Of a DNA stretch of 64,000 nucleotides, positions 39,961-52,636 are shown one piece after another. The position numbers and the translations under genes were made by a program. Source of the stretch: Octopus sinensis (lineage: Eukaryota). The stretch is taken from assembly GCF_006345805.1 (NCBI RefSeq), contig NC_043016.1, forward strand, positions 22,878,001 through 22,942,000, read 5' to 3'. The notes under the pieces were generated by a model that was not told the origin of the DNA, did no database searches, and worked only from the letters and a program-made list of their open reading frames with translations. Numbering within the stretch: the stretch's first letter is position 1; every line of letters starts with the position of its first letter.

Positions 39961-40257
39961 TTCAGCTGGATAACTCAAGAATTATGGGCTTGCTCTTGTT
40001 CTGGTCAAAATAGACAGAAAGGCGTGACATGCGGTCTTCTCCGAGCATGACACGCCACACTGAATTTGTTGAATCACTGAGAGAGAAGGGGGTGACCATT
40101 CCCCCTAGCATATCTTTTAAACAAGTCACTGAGAGAGAGAGGAAGGAGGGACAAACTAACAAAGAGAGAGAGAGGGAGTGTCATGCAGTCTGCTCAACGC
40201 ATGACAAGCTACAATAAATTTATCGAGTCACTAAGATATATATATATATATATATAT

Positions 40258-40387
40258 TTTATTATATAGAAGGAGCTTCTACAGGACTAGAACTGTTTCA
40301 TTCAAGAGAAATCTTCAGGAAGCTTCCTGAAGATTTCTCTTGAATGAAACAGTTCTAGTCCTGTAGAAGCTCCTTCTATATAATAAA
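40258..40387. repeat. Perfect 130-bp palindrome (2 x 65 bp, no spacer)
   Basis: 40258-40322 is the exact reverse complement of 40323-40387, centred on AAG|CTT. Confidence 0.97.
40321..40371 (+). ncRNA. Type I hammerhead ribozyme motif (mirror copy on the minus strand at 40274-40324)
   Basis: AGCUUC-CUGAAGA-U UUC UCUU GAA U-GAA-ACAG UUCUAGUC CUGU-A-GAAGCU: 6-bp stem I, 4-bp stem III, GUA triplet. Stem II is weak (U-U plus 3 bp). Confidence 0.65.
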
Positions 40388-40454
40388 TTAAATTTACTCT
40401 GCTATGTATTGAGTACCTTATTTACTGTGGTTAACCCCGAATCAACCCGGGACC

Positions 40455-40508
<54 letters not shown>

Positions 40509-40509
<1 letters not shown>

Positions 40510-40742
40510 AAATAATAGAATACATAGAAGCATCATTCTTTATTTCAGATAGAATTTACGGATCAACCTTTTTTGTAGCAATGGGATTTCATGGACTCCA
40601 TGTAATTATTGGATTAACTTTCCTTTTAATATGCTTACTATGAATTCTAATAAATCAGTTTTCTTCAATGGAAGCTGCAGCCTGATACTGACATTTTGTA
40701 GATGTAGTATGATTATTTTTTATATACCTTTGTATACTGATG
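40509..40742 (+). pseudogene. cox3: NUMT: 3' part of mitochondrial cox3
   Basis: In the invertebrate mitochondrial code it reads [70 protein letters not shown](+1)LYTFVYW. TGA reads as Trp and AGA as Ser, and the COX3 signatures GFHGLHV and WYWHFVD are present. Confidence 0.95.
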
Positions 40743-41214
40743 TATATATATATATTTATAAAATATATGTACACATATATTTTATATACATACATATACA
40801 TATATATATATATATATATATACACATGTATATATACACACACAAACACACATACATATGTATATGTATGTATATATATATATGTGTATGTATTTATATT
40901 AGTGTGCACGAACATACACACACACACACACATGCACGCACATCATCATGATCATCATCCTCCATTAATGTCCATTTTCCATGGTGGCATGGGTTATATT
41001 CATTCAAGTGATGAAAGCATACCTGCAAGAAACTCAGTGTTGCAATGTGCTGAGTAGACTTTACGATAAGATGTATTGAGCAGTTTATATTCCATTTGTG
41101 CAACCTGAAGAGCGTGTGTATATATATATATGTGTTTATGTTTGTATGAGTGCTTGTTTGTACTTGTAAAAGATTTAAATTGTAATCTGTGTATTTTATA
41201 TTTTATTTTCTCAG

Positions 41215-41315
41215 CTCCACAACTTATTCATCATGGAAAAATTGATTTCCTTGTCTTTGACTATTTGTCAGAAATCACCATGTCACTACTTACTGCTGCC
41301 AAACAGAAGAATCCA
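41215..41315 (+). CDS. AtuA/DUF1446-family protein, internal exon 1 of 5 seen
   Basis: tttctcag|ct cca...aat cca|gtaag. Encodes (A)PQLIHHGKIDFLVFDYLSEITMSLLTAAKQKNP; DYLSEITMS is an AtuA-family signature. Confidence 0.9.
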
Positions 41316-41699
41316 GTAAGTCTTGCTTTCAAATCACCTTTAAGTGAAATCTTAATTTATTCCAAAAAGGATGATCTTCATTTAAACCATTTATGTTGTA
41401 CAGAAGATTAGCCTTTTTATAAATTATTGAATTATCCTTAGTTCAGTAGGTCTTGAGTTCAATTCTATTGCAGGTATTTTGTTGCACTGATTAGAGAGGA
41501 TGCTAGTCATGATATCTACCACAGTATTATAATTTACAAAAATAAAAAAAATATCATTAATTATAAGAAAACACAATTCTATATTAATTAGTCTAGATAT
41601 CAATACTAATAGCAAAAATGTTTGTCTTAAATTTATAGAAAATAGTAATAGTATAGTTAAAATGTAAGAAAACTATGCTTGTTTTTAAATACTAGTATT

Positions 41700-41960
41700 T
41701 CATCATCAATGCCATTGTTGTTGTTATTGGTGTCATCATCATTGTCATCTTCATCATCATCATCATTGTCATCTTCACTATCATCATAATAATCATCATT
41801 GTTTTCATCATCAACATCACTATCCTCGTCATCATTGTTATTCTGGTTGTCACCATAGTGGTCATCATCATTGTCCTCCTCCTCCTCCTCATCATCATCA
41901 TCATCATCATTGTTATTGTGGATGTCATCATAGTCATCATCATCATAATCATCGTTGTTA
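41700..41960. repeat. Degenerate (ATC)n low-complexity tract
   Basis: Directly visible; it produces the spurious Asp-rich ORF at 41657-42025. Confidence 0.9.
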
Positions 41961-43071
41961 GCATCTACTTTTCCCATTCTTGCGTGGATCAGATGAGAGT
42001 ATGTTGGAGCATAGTTTTCCTTCAATTGCTAATACAAGACCCACATTAAACTCCTCACGCATATCACGATTGAACCAAGAGTTTACCTATGGTCTCTCCT
42101 TAGCACTTACTTAGCTTTACTTGCCACTCTTTGGGGTCTTCTAGATACCGATACCTTATATATATATACACATATACATGGAAAGGAATTGATCATAATA
42201 AATTGCAAAGCCAAGTAAAAAAAAACTGACCAGTATGGAGAAAAGCTTATCAAGTCATATCAAAGCGATGAACAGTCATAGTTGCAATAACTGACTGGAG
42301 ATAATTTTATATCTATATCTATCTATCTATCTATCTATCAGTCTGTCTGTCTATATGTCTGTCTGCTTTTATGTGTATATATATATATATGTAAATATAT
42401 ATATATATGTAAATATATATATATATCTCACTGGCATTTTTTGCATGCTTAAAGTACAAAAATGAATGCAAATAACAGTCGCTCAGTTTTAAAATAAATT
42501 CTTCATTTTTATGAGAGATGTCTGGAAAGAGGTTATATGACACATTCTATGTCTACCCTATTTCGATAAAGTCTTTGATTTTTAAAAATTTCATGCCCTG
42601 CTTTTAAGTACCATGAATCTTCAGTGATCTACAGTTAGGCTGTTTATAGTAATGAAAATAACAATAAACTGCACACTCATCACCTGTTTCCCACCACTGC
42701 CAACTCAATCTCAGAATTCCTATAGCAGTCATGATTATTGCCATTCTTCCTTTGATTATGCCATTATAAATTTCTAAACAAAGTACACAACTTTTTCTAC
42801 TTCTGTGTGCCTGACTGACAAAAAGTAAATAAAAAATAGATTTAATTTGCATTTCACGGTTAAGTGATTTTCAGTGAGGAGGACATCAGCTTGTAAAATT
42901 ATCACTCCAACAAAAGTTGAAATAATCAATGTAAACCAGTCATAAAAGAGACCATGGTCTTTTAAAATTTTAATTTTTACTGTTTTTGTTCTTTATTCTT
43001 CTGCTTTCATTTTTAATCAGTTAAATTTCTGTGTCATCATAATAACTATATGGTTTTGGCACAAGTTTGTG

Positions 43072-43315
43072 GAGGTGTGTGGCTTAGTGGTTAGGGTGTC
43101 AGCACCATGATCGTAAGATTGTGGTTTCGATTCCTGGACTGGGCGACACATTGTGTTTTTGAGCAAAACACTTCATTTCACGTTGCTTCCGTTCACTCAG
43201 CTGGCAAAAATGAGTAACACTGCAATGGACTGGCATCCCATCCAGCTAGGGAACACATGCGCCATAGAAACCGGGCCCATGAGCCTGGCTAGGCTTTAAA
43301 AGGGTGCATTTATTA
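43072..43315 (+). mobile_element. SINE family C-related copy
   Basis: gtgtgtggcttagtggttagg...gtttcgattcc...gcaatggactggcatcccatccag...gggcccatgagcctggctagg. Confidence 0.75.
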
Positions 43316-43697
43316 TTATTTTTTTGATGCAAGTTTATTAAACATATAATGCTTAGTTTAGAACCATAATTCTCCCACCATTAAAGTTGTTGTTGTTCAA
43401 TTCCAGGCCAATTTATCTAGAACACTTATGATCAGAGATGTTCCAGTCATGACCATCTTTCCCCCCCCCCAACATAGCGTCTATGACTACAGTGTCCTAT
43501 ATGTCCTTTATTGTTATTGTTCAATGATGTTCCATAAGTGACCATCCCATCTTTTATTCAGACATAGTCTATCTCAAACTACATTATGAAATTTATAGAT
43601 GGACATGTTCTAGTTTAGCTCCAGATCACCCCTCATTGAGCAGTTCTAGTGATCATTCACTCTTTCATTCAGAAAAGAGTATCTGCAACCATCTGGT

Positions 43698-44237
43698 TCA
43701 GTCCCACTGCACAGCCCCATGGGCAAGTGTCTTCTACTATAGCCGCAGGTCAACCAGTGCCTTGTGAATGAATTTGAAAGACAAAAACTGTGTGGAAGCC
43801 CATAGTATATATAAAAACATATTACTCTACCTTTGGTATTCGAGTGCTATTTTTACCACCTTGTTTTGCATATATGTTTACTTGGGTACACGTGCGTGTG
43901 CTTGTTTGTGTGTAGTCCCACTTCATGGCATCTTGGGCAAGTGTCTTCTACCATAACCTTGGACTGACCAAAGCCTTGTGAGTAGATTTGGTAGATGGAA
44001 ACTGAAAGAAGCCTATTGCATATATATATATATATATATATTTATGTGTGTGTCTTTGTGTCTGTGTTTGTTCCCCCCACTATCGCTTGACAACTGATGT
44101 AGGTGTGTTTATGTCCCCATAACTTTGTGGTTTAGCAAAAGCGATCGATAGAATATATACTAGGCTTACAAAGAATAAGTCTTGGGGTTGATTTCTGTGA
44201 CTAAAACTCTTTAAAGCTGAAACAAGTAAAAGAATAA
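43698..44237 (+). mobile_element. Two adjacent SINE family A pieces
   Basis: gggcaagtgtcttcta occurs twice (about 43720 and 43935); the second copy runs to the gaaacaagtaaaagaataa tail. Confidence 0.75.
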
Positions 44238-45499
44238 AAGAATATGTATATGTATATATATATTACGCACACATACTTGCACCAACCCATACACAGACAC
44301 ACATGCACATATAACACAGCTAAGACTATGTTTGAAGCATATAGACTATTTTATTCCTTGTTCCATTTTTCATCATTTACTATTCTGTAACTTCTACATA
44401 AATATTTATTTACTCATCGCTACATTTTGGTAAGAATGTCTGACTCAGCACTCGTACTAAACATTGGGAATATATACATACTCCCTCTCTCTCTCTCTCT
44501 CTCACTCTCTCTTGTATACACATCTTCACACATACACACTCACTTACAAAACAAAATATATACACATACATATGTACAAATAGACAGACAGACACACTTA
44601 CACAATTACGCATACACACATAATGCTCAGAAACAAACACATGCATACATACACATACATCTGTACACACATTTTAATAAAAAACTGTGAATGTATGTTC
44701 CCAGTTTTACACGTAGGTATCTGAAATTTTGCTTAGAACCACATCTTTTCAAGGAAAAAGACACAGAATATGAATTTTTCTGAAATTTGTTATTTTTAGT
44801 GTTTGTTGTTTTCTTTTTTTCCTAACAGAAAAGTAAGGAACATTGTATAACCCCCAAGCACTGCAATGGACATTAGAAAAAAATGTACTGATTAGAAAAA
44901 TATTTCATTTAGAGTAATTATATAAATTAGTAAAGTATCTTTGAGGAAAAAGAAGCATGTTTTCCCAGAAAATAGCAAAAAAAAAGCGTAAAATCTTTAT
45001 TTTAGATTTTATACTTGATTGTTTACTTATATATTTTTTGGCAATTTTTTGATGATGGTGGTGGCGGCAATGGTATTGATGGGCAACATTCTTTATGAAG
45101 CTCAGTTTGAAATATCTCCAAAATTGCTTGGATACTTGTAGTGTGTTTACTCATATACAAGTTGTATATACTTTTATACTTGATTTTAACTGGTAAAAAA
45201 ACCTGGGTGGAGCAAAAATAAAAACTATGAAGGAAAAAAAATTTATACCAAGATTTAACGCTAAATTAGGGGTATGGTTTATACTCAAGTGTGGCTTATA
45301 TGTATAAGTGCAACTTACAAATAAATAAATATTGAAATTCTGGGTGAATGTTTTGTCAGCTCCTTTTTTAAACCAATCTATCCAAACTTATGTTGTGAAT
45401 CCATGCAGTTGTATTTATTTTAGGTTGTAATAAACCAGGCAATGCTCAGTAATGCTGCTAGTAAATAGAAATACATGCACTTACATATGAAAATGCAAT

Positions 45500-45650
45500 G
45501 GCATTAGGAAGGGCATCCAGCTGTAGAAACACTGCCAGATCAGACTGGGCCTGGTGCAGCCTTCTGGCTTCCCAGACCCCAGTTGAACCGTCCAACCCAT
45601 GCCAGCATGGAAAGCGGACATTAAATGATGATGATGATGATGATGATGAT
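45500..45650 (+). mobile_element. Isolated RTE 3' tail
   Basis: ggcattaggaagggcatccagctgtagaaacactgccagatcagactggg...catggaaagcggacattaaat(gat)n. Confidence 0.9.
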
Positions 45651-46676
45651 ATACATAGTCATGTTGATGTGCATGCATGTGTATGTGTGTACTAAAGGGA
45701 GTTGTATTAGGGTTCTGTCTGCATGTGCATTCACACATGCATGTGCACAAACACACACATGCACACACAGACAGACACACAGACACACAGACACACACAC
45801 ACACACACTCAAACACATACACATTAAAGGTTTCTAATTTAGAAGCAAGGCCAGCAATACCAAAGGGAAGGATTTAGTCAGTATTGTTAATCCCAGCATG
45901 TGACTGGTACTTAGTTTCATCAACTCTGGAGGGTTGAAATGCAAAAATTGACCTAAGAAAAATTTGAACTTGGAAAGCAAAAAAACACTGCTAAGATATT
46001 TCATAATAATGATTTCAAATTTTGGCAAAAGGCCTGCAATTTCAGAAGTAGTAAGTCAATATCATCAACCCCAGTGCTCAACTGGTACTTATTTCAAAGA
46101 CCCCCTAAAAGGATGAAAGGCAAAGTTGACCTTAGAGGAATTTGTACTTAGAACATAAAAGACAGAAGAAATGCTGATAAGCATTTTACTAACAATTCTG
46201 CCAGCTCACAATAATAATTATTTTTAATTTAGGCACAAAGGCCAGCAATTTTGAGCAGAAGGGGCAAGTCAGTTATATTAATCCCAGTACTTAAATGATA
46301 GTTATTTTACCCCCCCCCCCAAAAAAAAATTTTGAAAGGCTAAGATAACCTTGGTAGAAATTGAATTTAGGGTGTAAAGAACCAGAAGACACTATCTCTA
46401 AGTATTTTGTCAATGTGCTAATGATTCTGCCAGCTTGTTGCCCTGATAATATTATCAATCCTTCTAATTTTAGTACAAGGTCAAATTCATAATGGTTCTT
46501 AAGAGGGAGTATTTGTTAATCACTACTGAGAAGTCTAAAGTGGATGTGATTGAGGAAAAGTACAACATACTGTATTATTTTAGTGTGAGAGGTAGTGAGA
46601 TGTAGGAAGAGATAGCCAGATAAAGTCAACTGATATTTTCACTTTATCAACAACATCTACATCCTCTCTGTTAACC

Positions 46677-47085
46677 AGGCATGGTGGTATGGTAAGAGGT
46701 TTGCTTCCTAACTACATGGTCCCAGGTTCAGTTCCACTGTGTGACACCTTGGGCAAGTGTATTCTACTATAGCCTTGGGCCAACCAAAGCCTTCTGAGTG
46801 GATTTGGTAGACGGAACTAAAAAGAAGCCCATTGTAAATATATATATATGTGTGTGTGTATATGTTTATGTGTCTGTGTTGTTGTGTCTGTGTTTGTCTT
46901 CCACCACTGCTTGATAACTGATGTTGGTGTGTTTATGTCCCTGTAACTTGGCAGTTCAGTAAAAGACATTGATAGAATAAGTACCAGGCTTAAAGGAAAA
47001 CAAGTACTGGGGTTGTTTAGTTCAAGCAAAATTCCTCAAGGCATTGCCTCACAATGGTTGCAGTCTAATGACTGGAATAAGTGAA
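46677..47085 (+). mobile_element. SINE family A copy
   Basis: ggcatggtggtatggtaag...ggttcagttccact...aagccttctgagtggatttggtagacgg...gactggaataag. Confidence 0.8.
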
Positions 47086-48054
47086 AAAAAGATTTTGTAT
47101 GTTATTTTTAAAAATGTATTTATATGATTAAAAATATAAGTATAGAAGTCGTCAACAAAGTAGATTTTTTATTTTAGAAATAGGTAATACTCATTTTATC
47201 ATCCTCCCCATCATTTTAGCATCCATTTCTCCATGCTTTCATGGGTCAGATAAAATTTGTTGGGTCAATATATAAAGTACCAACCTAGAATGTTGGATGA
47301 GATACCCTGCAGTATGAGTTCCAGCTCTTTGATTTCTGATTTCAAATCACACCATGGTGCTACATGGGTGGTAAACTCAACCCATCACCTGATTTGATAC
47401 GTCTGCTTGGTTCTTTGGTGCTTTTAACAAAGTCCATTCTGTTATAAGCATTTGAGCCAAATCTCAGTTTGACAGTAACTTCTCTCTCCCTCTCATCAGT
47501 TTCAGAGCCCCATAAACGGTCTTGAACATTGCCTTTCCTTTTGACCAAGTCATATCAACATCAACATCATCATCATCATCATCATTTAATGTCCACTTTT
47601 CCAAGCTCTGATGGCTTAGATTTCTACATCCAGATGCCTTTCCTGTCACCAACCTTCATCTGTTTCCAAGCAAATTTTTCCCATAACCAAACCTGTTTTC
47701 ATGAAAGATTGGAAATGGATAACATCACTCATGTCATAACATCTCATATATATATATATATACACAAACACCCATACACAACAGGCTTCTTTTCAGTTTC
47801 CATCATCTGAAACCATTTACAATGCTTTAGTTGTCACAAGCTGCCACACAGGGGAACTGAACCCAAAACCATGAGGTTAAGAAGCAACTTTGTAACCATA
47901 AAGCCAGATATCTCTATCAATCAATATACATGAATTTAACAATCTTCTGTCTTCTTATGATTAATTTCAATATCATGGATTTGAACTTTTAATTCCTTTC
48001 TGTCCTTTCTATCCTTGTTCTGTCATAGTATCAAGAGTCTAAAATATCAATATA

Positions 48055-48442
48055 CTAGCAGTATCACCCAGCGTTGCTCGGGTTTGTTTCGACCCTTTAG
48101 AATTGGAATTTTTGAAAAGTAAAAATTTTGCATTATGTAGCTTGTTATTCTCTTTAAGTGAACATTTTCTGGTTGAAATACACCGAAAAATGGCGATACA
48201 GCAGTAAAAATATCATAAAAAATAGGGATTTTCATAGGAAAAAGCACCTTTTTGAAATAAATAATTTTTGGTGTTAACATGGTCCGATTTGAATTTTATC
48301 TTCTACAGAATGAAGAGCAAGCTTTCTTCTATCATACTCTCAATTTTGGTCAACATGCACTACAGGGTCTTGGAGGAGATAGCGTTAGTTGAAGCCTACC
48401 AAACCTGCCACACACAGACAACTTCAGCTTTATATATATAGA
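48055..48442 (-). mobile_element. Non-autonomous Helitron (388 bp)
   Basis: The minus strand starts A|TC at 48442 and ends with the hairpin cccgagc-aac-gctggg followed by tgatactg CTAG|T at 48055. There is no TSD and the insertion site is A-T. Confidence 0.75.
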
Positions 48443-48610
48443 TTGAAACAAATGTTACCTATTTCAAATAAAAGAAAATTATATCTGCTTTATTGACAAC
48501 ATCTACACTTGCATGTTTTTATTCATAGAATGTTTTAAAATGTATTTTGTAAAATAAGTAAATAAATAAATGAATGAAAATATTTATATAATATTTATTA
48601 TATTCCAAAG

Positions 48611-48680
48611 GCCATGGGATATGCTCCAGATTTTATCCATTTCTCTCTGGCACCATATCTAAAGACTATCAAAGAAAAAA
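48611..48680 (+). CDS. AtuA/DUF1446-family protein, exon 2 of 5 seen
   Basis: ttccaaag|gcc...aaa a|gtaagt. Encodes AMGYAPDFIHFSLAPYLKTIKEK, phase 0 to 1. Confidence 0.88.
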
Positions 48681-50506
48681 GTAAGTGGAAGTCCTTTTTT
48701 TCTTTTTTTTTATTAAATTTTTTGTCCTCATCATTAATATCATTAACATTATGATCCATCATCATCATCATCATCATGAATTTTATTAACATAATTATTG
48801 TCACCATTTTCATCAAGAGAATTGTTAGTAATGTCAGAAAAATGCCTTGTAGTTATGAAGTTATGATATCAGTTATGATATTTTACAGTCTGAGTTCAAA
48901 TCTCACTGTGGTCCACTCTTTCTATGATTCTTTCAGGTGTGAAGGTGCATGATTTAGTAGTTAGGATATTCAGCTCATGATCGTAAGGTCATGAGTTCAA
49001 TTCCCAGCAACACGTTGTGTTTCTTGAGCAAGACACTTTATTTCACATTATTCCAGTTCATTCAGATGGCAAAAATGAGCAGTACTTGTATTTCAAAGGG
49101 TCAGCCTTGTCACATTTGTGTCATGCTGAGAACTACATCAAGGTTATGCATGTCTGTGGAGTGCTCAGCCACTTGCATGTTGATTTTATGAGCAACCTGT
49201 TCTATTGATCAGATCAACTGGAACCCTTATCATAACTAATGGAGTACCAGTTTAGGTGTCAGTAACATAAAGTCAAGTATTGGAATCAATTTAATTTACT
49301 GCCCCCACCCCACACCAAATCATGGTCTTGTGCCTATGTTAGAAATCAATAAAATTATCAACATTATTGCCCTCCTCCTCCTCCTCATCACCACCACCAC
49401 CACCACTACCACCACCACCACCATCATAATTTATTGGCATCATTACCATAATCAATGCTTTCAGAATCTCTTGGTAGAGTCATGGGGTTGTTTTTTCCAG
49501 CTCATTTCTAAGAAGTCATAGAAGAAAATTGAATTGTATTCGATGCTGCAGATATTAACATCTTTTACGAAGTGGTACCCCATTGCTCACTTCTGCTCTA
49601 CTGGGCTACTTGAACTTTTTTACTGCAAACTAAAGATACACTACTGAGTAATTATGCAGTGCTCCCTTTTCTCACTCTGGAGTATTTGTTTACAAGTTGG
49701 ATCAGGCCATTTGAGATTTTAAAAAGTCTTTCCCAGTTCCCTATTAGATTTCTGGTTATGGAATATAATCCAGTGGCTTATTTGTTGATGTCTGGTACCT
49801 TATCTGTACAGTTAAACATCAGAAATCTGCTAGTCCTGATATTTCTAAGGAATTAAGCCAGTGTGAATTTAGTATATTAGACCTTTGATTGGTTATGTGG
49901 TACCTTTTTGATTTGGTGGATGTGATACATTTAAAGAATTGGTATATCAAGATATATTGGTATGTTGACCCTTACACATACTTGTGACGGATATGAATTA
50001 TCAGCCCTCTGAGTCAATTGTCTTCTCTATTTGACCACCTGTAACTTCTGTTCCAATAATTCTGGATCAGAGAGGGAGACTTGACAAGGTCACTTGACCT
50101 ATTAGAAATATAACAGTCAAACCTTCTTCAATCTCTATCTATCTTAAATAGTCCATTGCCCAGTTTAGCACTAATTCTTGAGTTTGGGAGTTTTTATTGA
50201 TGTCCAGTCTATTGCAAGAATTTGGAATAACACTAGAGATCTGGTCCAGACCTTGAAAACCCTGAAATAGGTTGTGAATGTTTCCCTACATAAGATAATG
50301 TAGTTCTAAGAGGTGGTCATGGATGGGATGCTTTCGATCATTAATCATTGATCTACTCAGTTGTGCACTAATGACTGCCCTATTCCCTCAATTTACTGTT
50401 TATTATAATTTTTCATTCATCAGTTTGTTGTTAAATTTATATTGCTTATTACATGACGACTATTCTGTTAAGTAGCAACAGTGGTTTTTTTCATATTTTT
50501 ATCAAG

Positions 50507-50637
50507 AAATTCGTGTGGTTAGCAATGCAGGTGGAATAAACCCATTATCTTGTGCGGAAGTTTTGAAGAAATTGTCCCAGGAGGCTGGAGTTGACATGAA
50601 CATAGCAGTTGTCACTGGAGATAATCTGATGCCAAAG
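50507..50637 (+). CDS. AtuA/DUF1446-family protein, exon 3 of 5 seen
   Basis: tttatcaag|aa att...cca aag|gtaatt. Encodes [44 protein letters not shown], phase 1 to 0. Confidence 0.92.
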
Positions 50638-50987
50638 GTAATTTGTTACGCTAATATGTAGCCATGAGGAGTCGAATAAAGTTAGTCATTATGGAGGACG
50701 AAGAAGTTTAATTGGTTCAATTAAGAGAACAGAGAAATAGCCTTCTTTTTTATTAGTTTTATTTGAAATATTATTTAAGATTTTTGATGATTTACTGTGC
50801 TTGAGAAGACACACCAAGCTAAGTGAAATTGTAGTCATGGTGACATGTGAAAGGTACCTGTGCTGGTGATGTGTGAGAGGCACCCATGCTGGTGATGCAT
50901 AAAAGGCACCCATGCCAGTGTCACATAAAGGACACTCATTATACTTGTTTAGGAGTTGAATATTTTATGGAAGTTTTGTTGCATTTA

Positions 50988-51044
<57 letters not shown>

Positions 51045-51066
51045 CTCTCTCTCACACACACACACA

Positions 51067-51113
<47 letters not shown>

Positions 51114-51219
51114 TACATATTGATCTCAGAAATTATTTCAACCTGTTCTTTTATCAATATCTAATTTATCTAATGGTCTAATTCCTGGCTGTTACACCCA
51201 GAGCATAGACATGTAGTGT

Positions 51220-51935
51220 CAGATTTTCATTTTCATGCAAGATAGCTGAATACATCAAGTGGAGATTTTGCAACAAGTTTTGTCAAAAGCTCACACCATG
51301 CAGAAGATTCAGCATGCCTTTGGTGATGATGCCATGGCCAAAACTCAGATCAAAGAGTGGTACAACCACTTCAAACATGGTAGCACCTGAGTGGAGAGCA
51401 AGGCACGTTCAGGCAGGCCAATCACAAGCCAAAATGAGGGGCTGATGGAGATGGTTTGGCAAATACCCATGGAAGACCATCATGTAACAATCCAGGAAAT
51501 TGCTCACAAAGTGGGAATAAGCAAAGGATCAGTACATTTCATTTTAACCCTTTAGTATTCAGATTTATTCTGTTGAATGTAATGCTTGTTTATTCACATT
51601 GTTTTGAATTTATCATCTATTATCTTGTAGCTTCGATATTTTGATGCGTTTGTTTATTTTGAGAACGACATTATAGGATACATATGAGAGGCTGGACCTG
51701 GCCAGTTTAAGCATAGAACAGGTCAAATATTTCGGTCTGATATGGCCAGTTTAAATATTAATGGGTTAATGGAGGATTTGTACATGCAAAGAGTGTTGGT
51801 AAAATTAATCCCAAGAGTGCTGGTGGAGCAGCAGAAGCAACTCTGTATGGAAATCACTCGGGACATACTAGACTGTGCAAACTATGGCCCAGACTTCATG
51901 AGAACCAACATCACTGGTGATGAGACATAGGTTTG
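51220..51935 (+). mobile_element. Mariner N-terminal remnant split by a TTAA MITE
   Basis: KIQHAFGDDAMAKTQIKEWYNHFKHG...RSGRP...IQEIAHKVGISKGSVHFIL | EDLYMQRVLVKLIPR...NITGDET. Confidence 0.8.
51544..51769. mobile_element. TTAA-flanked MITE
   Basis: ttaa|ccctttagtatt ... aatattaatggg|ttaa, the reverse complement of the 17987-18215 family. Confidence 0.8.
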
Positions 51936-52561
51936 TGATTTCTGTGCAAATATGTTCAGTTATCTTGCACAAAAACAAAAAGCCAATGAGAATGCACTAC
52001 ATGTCTGTATTCTAGGCATTCACAGCTTGGAACTGATTCCCTATCTGGTCTTAGACTGTGTACAGTAAATACTCACTTTCAACTTCCATTCTTCAGAATA
52101 TATATAGTTTAGTTATAATCCAGTATTGGATGTCTGACCAATAAGTTTTCTACATTATGTTGTGTGCAACAATTGCTCTGAACAATAAGTTTGCTGTCTT
52201 TCCTTTTAACCTAAAGCAACAGAGCTATGACACAGAAAACTGTTCTTTTGTCAATTTAAAACATTGTCTGTTCATAGCCTTTCCCTTCTTTTGTCTTTGC
52301 ATTCTTTTAGGCAGCTTTTCAGGGAAGTTCTTATGGTTGGGATTGTTCTTTTAATCAGCTGCACTTTTAGATAACCAGAATACTTGGCTTTCCTCTGCCT
52401 TCTTTTTATGTACCGTATATAATGTTGTTCTTTTTGTCCCCAACTAAGATAAATTTGATGAGCTCTCAAAAGAGGGTCTCTATATGCAAGACCATAGCTT
52501 AATGAAACTGCAATTGTTGTGCCTTCTCCTCCTCCCCTCCTATTATTGTTGTTGTTATTAC

Positions 52562-52636
<75 letters not shown>

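Noticed and set aside
36551-40140. Defined hAT TIR pair with an 8-bp TSD
   Set aside because: The candidate right ends (cacgccacactg near 40072 and aagtcactg at 40131) match only CAGTG, and their flanks do not repeat atgtttat.
41657-42025. 122-aa Asp/Asn-rich ORF resembling an acidic biomineralisation protein
   Set aside because: It is the translation of an (ATC)n tract inside an intron, antisense to the host gene, with no splice or domain support.
49560-50050. Additional PLE RT remnant on the minus strand
   Set aside because: Only a faint LNVSHPPNQKG similarity was seen, too weak to call without a search.
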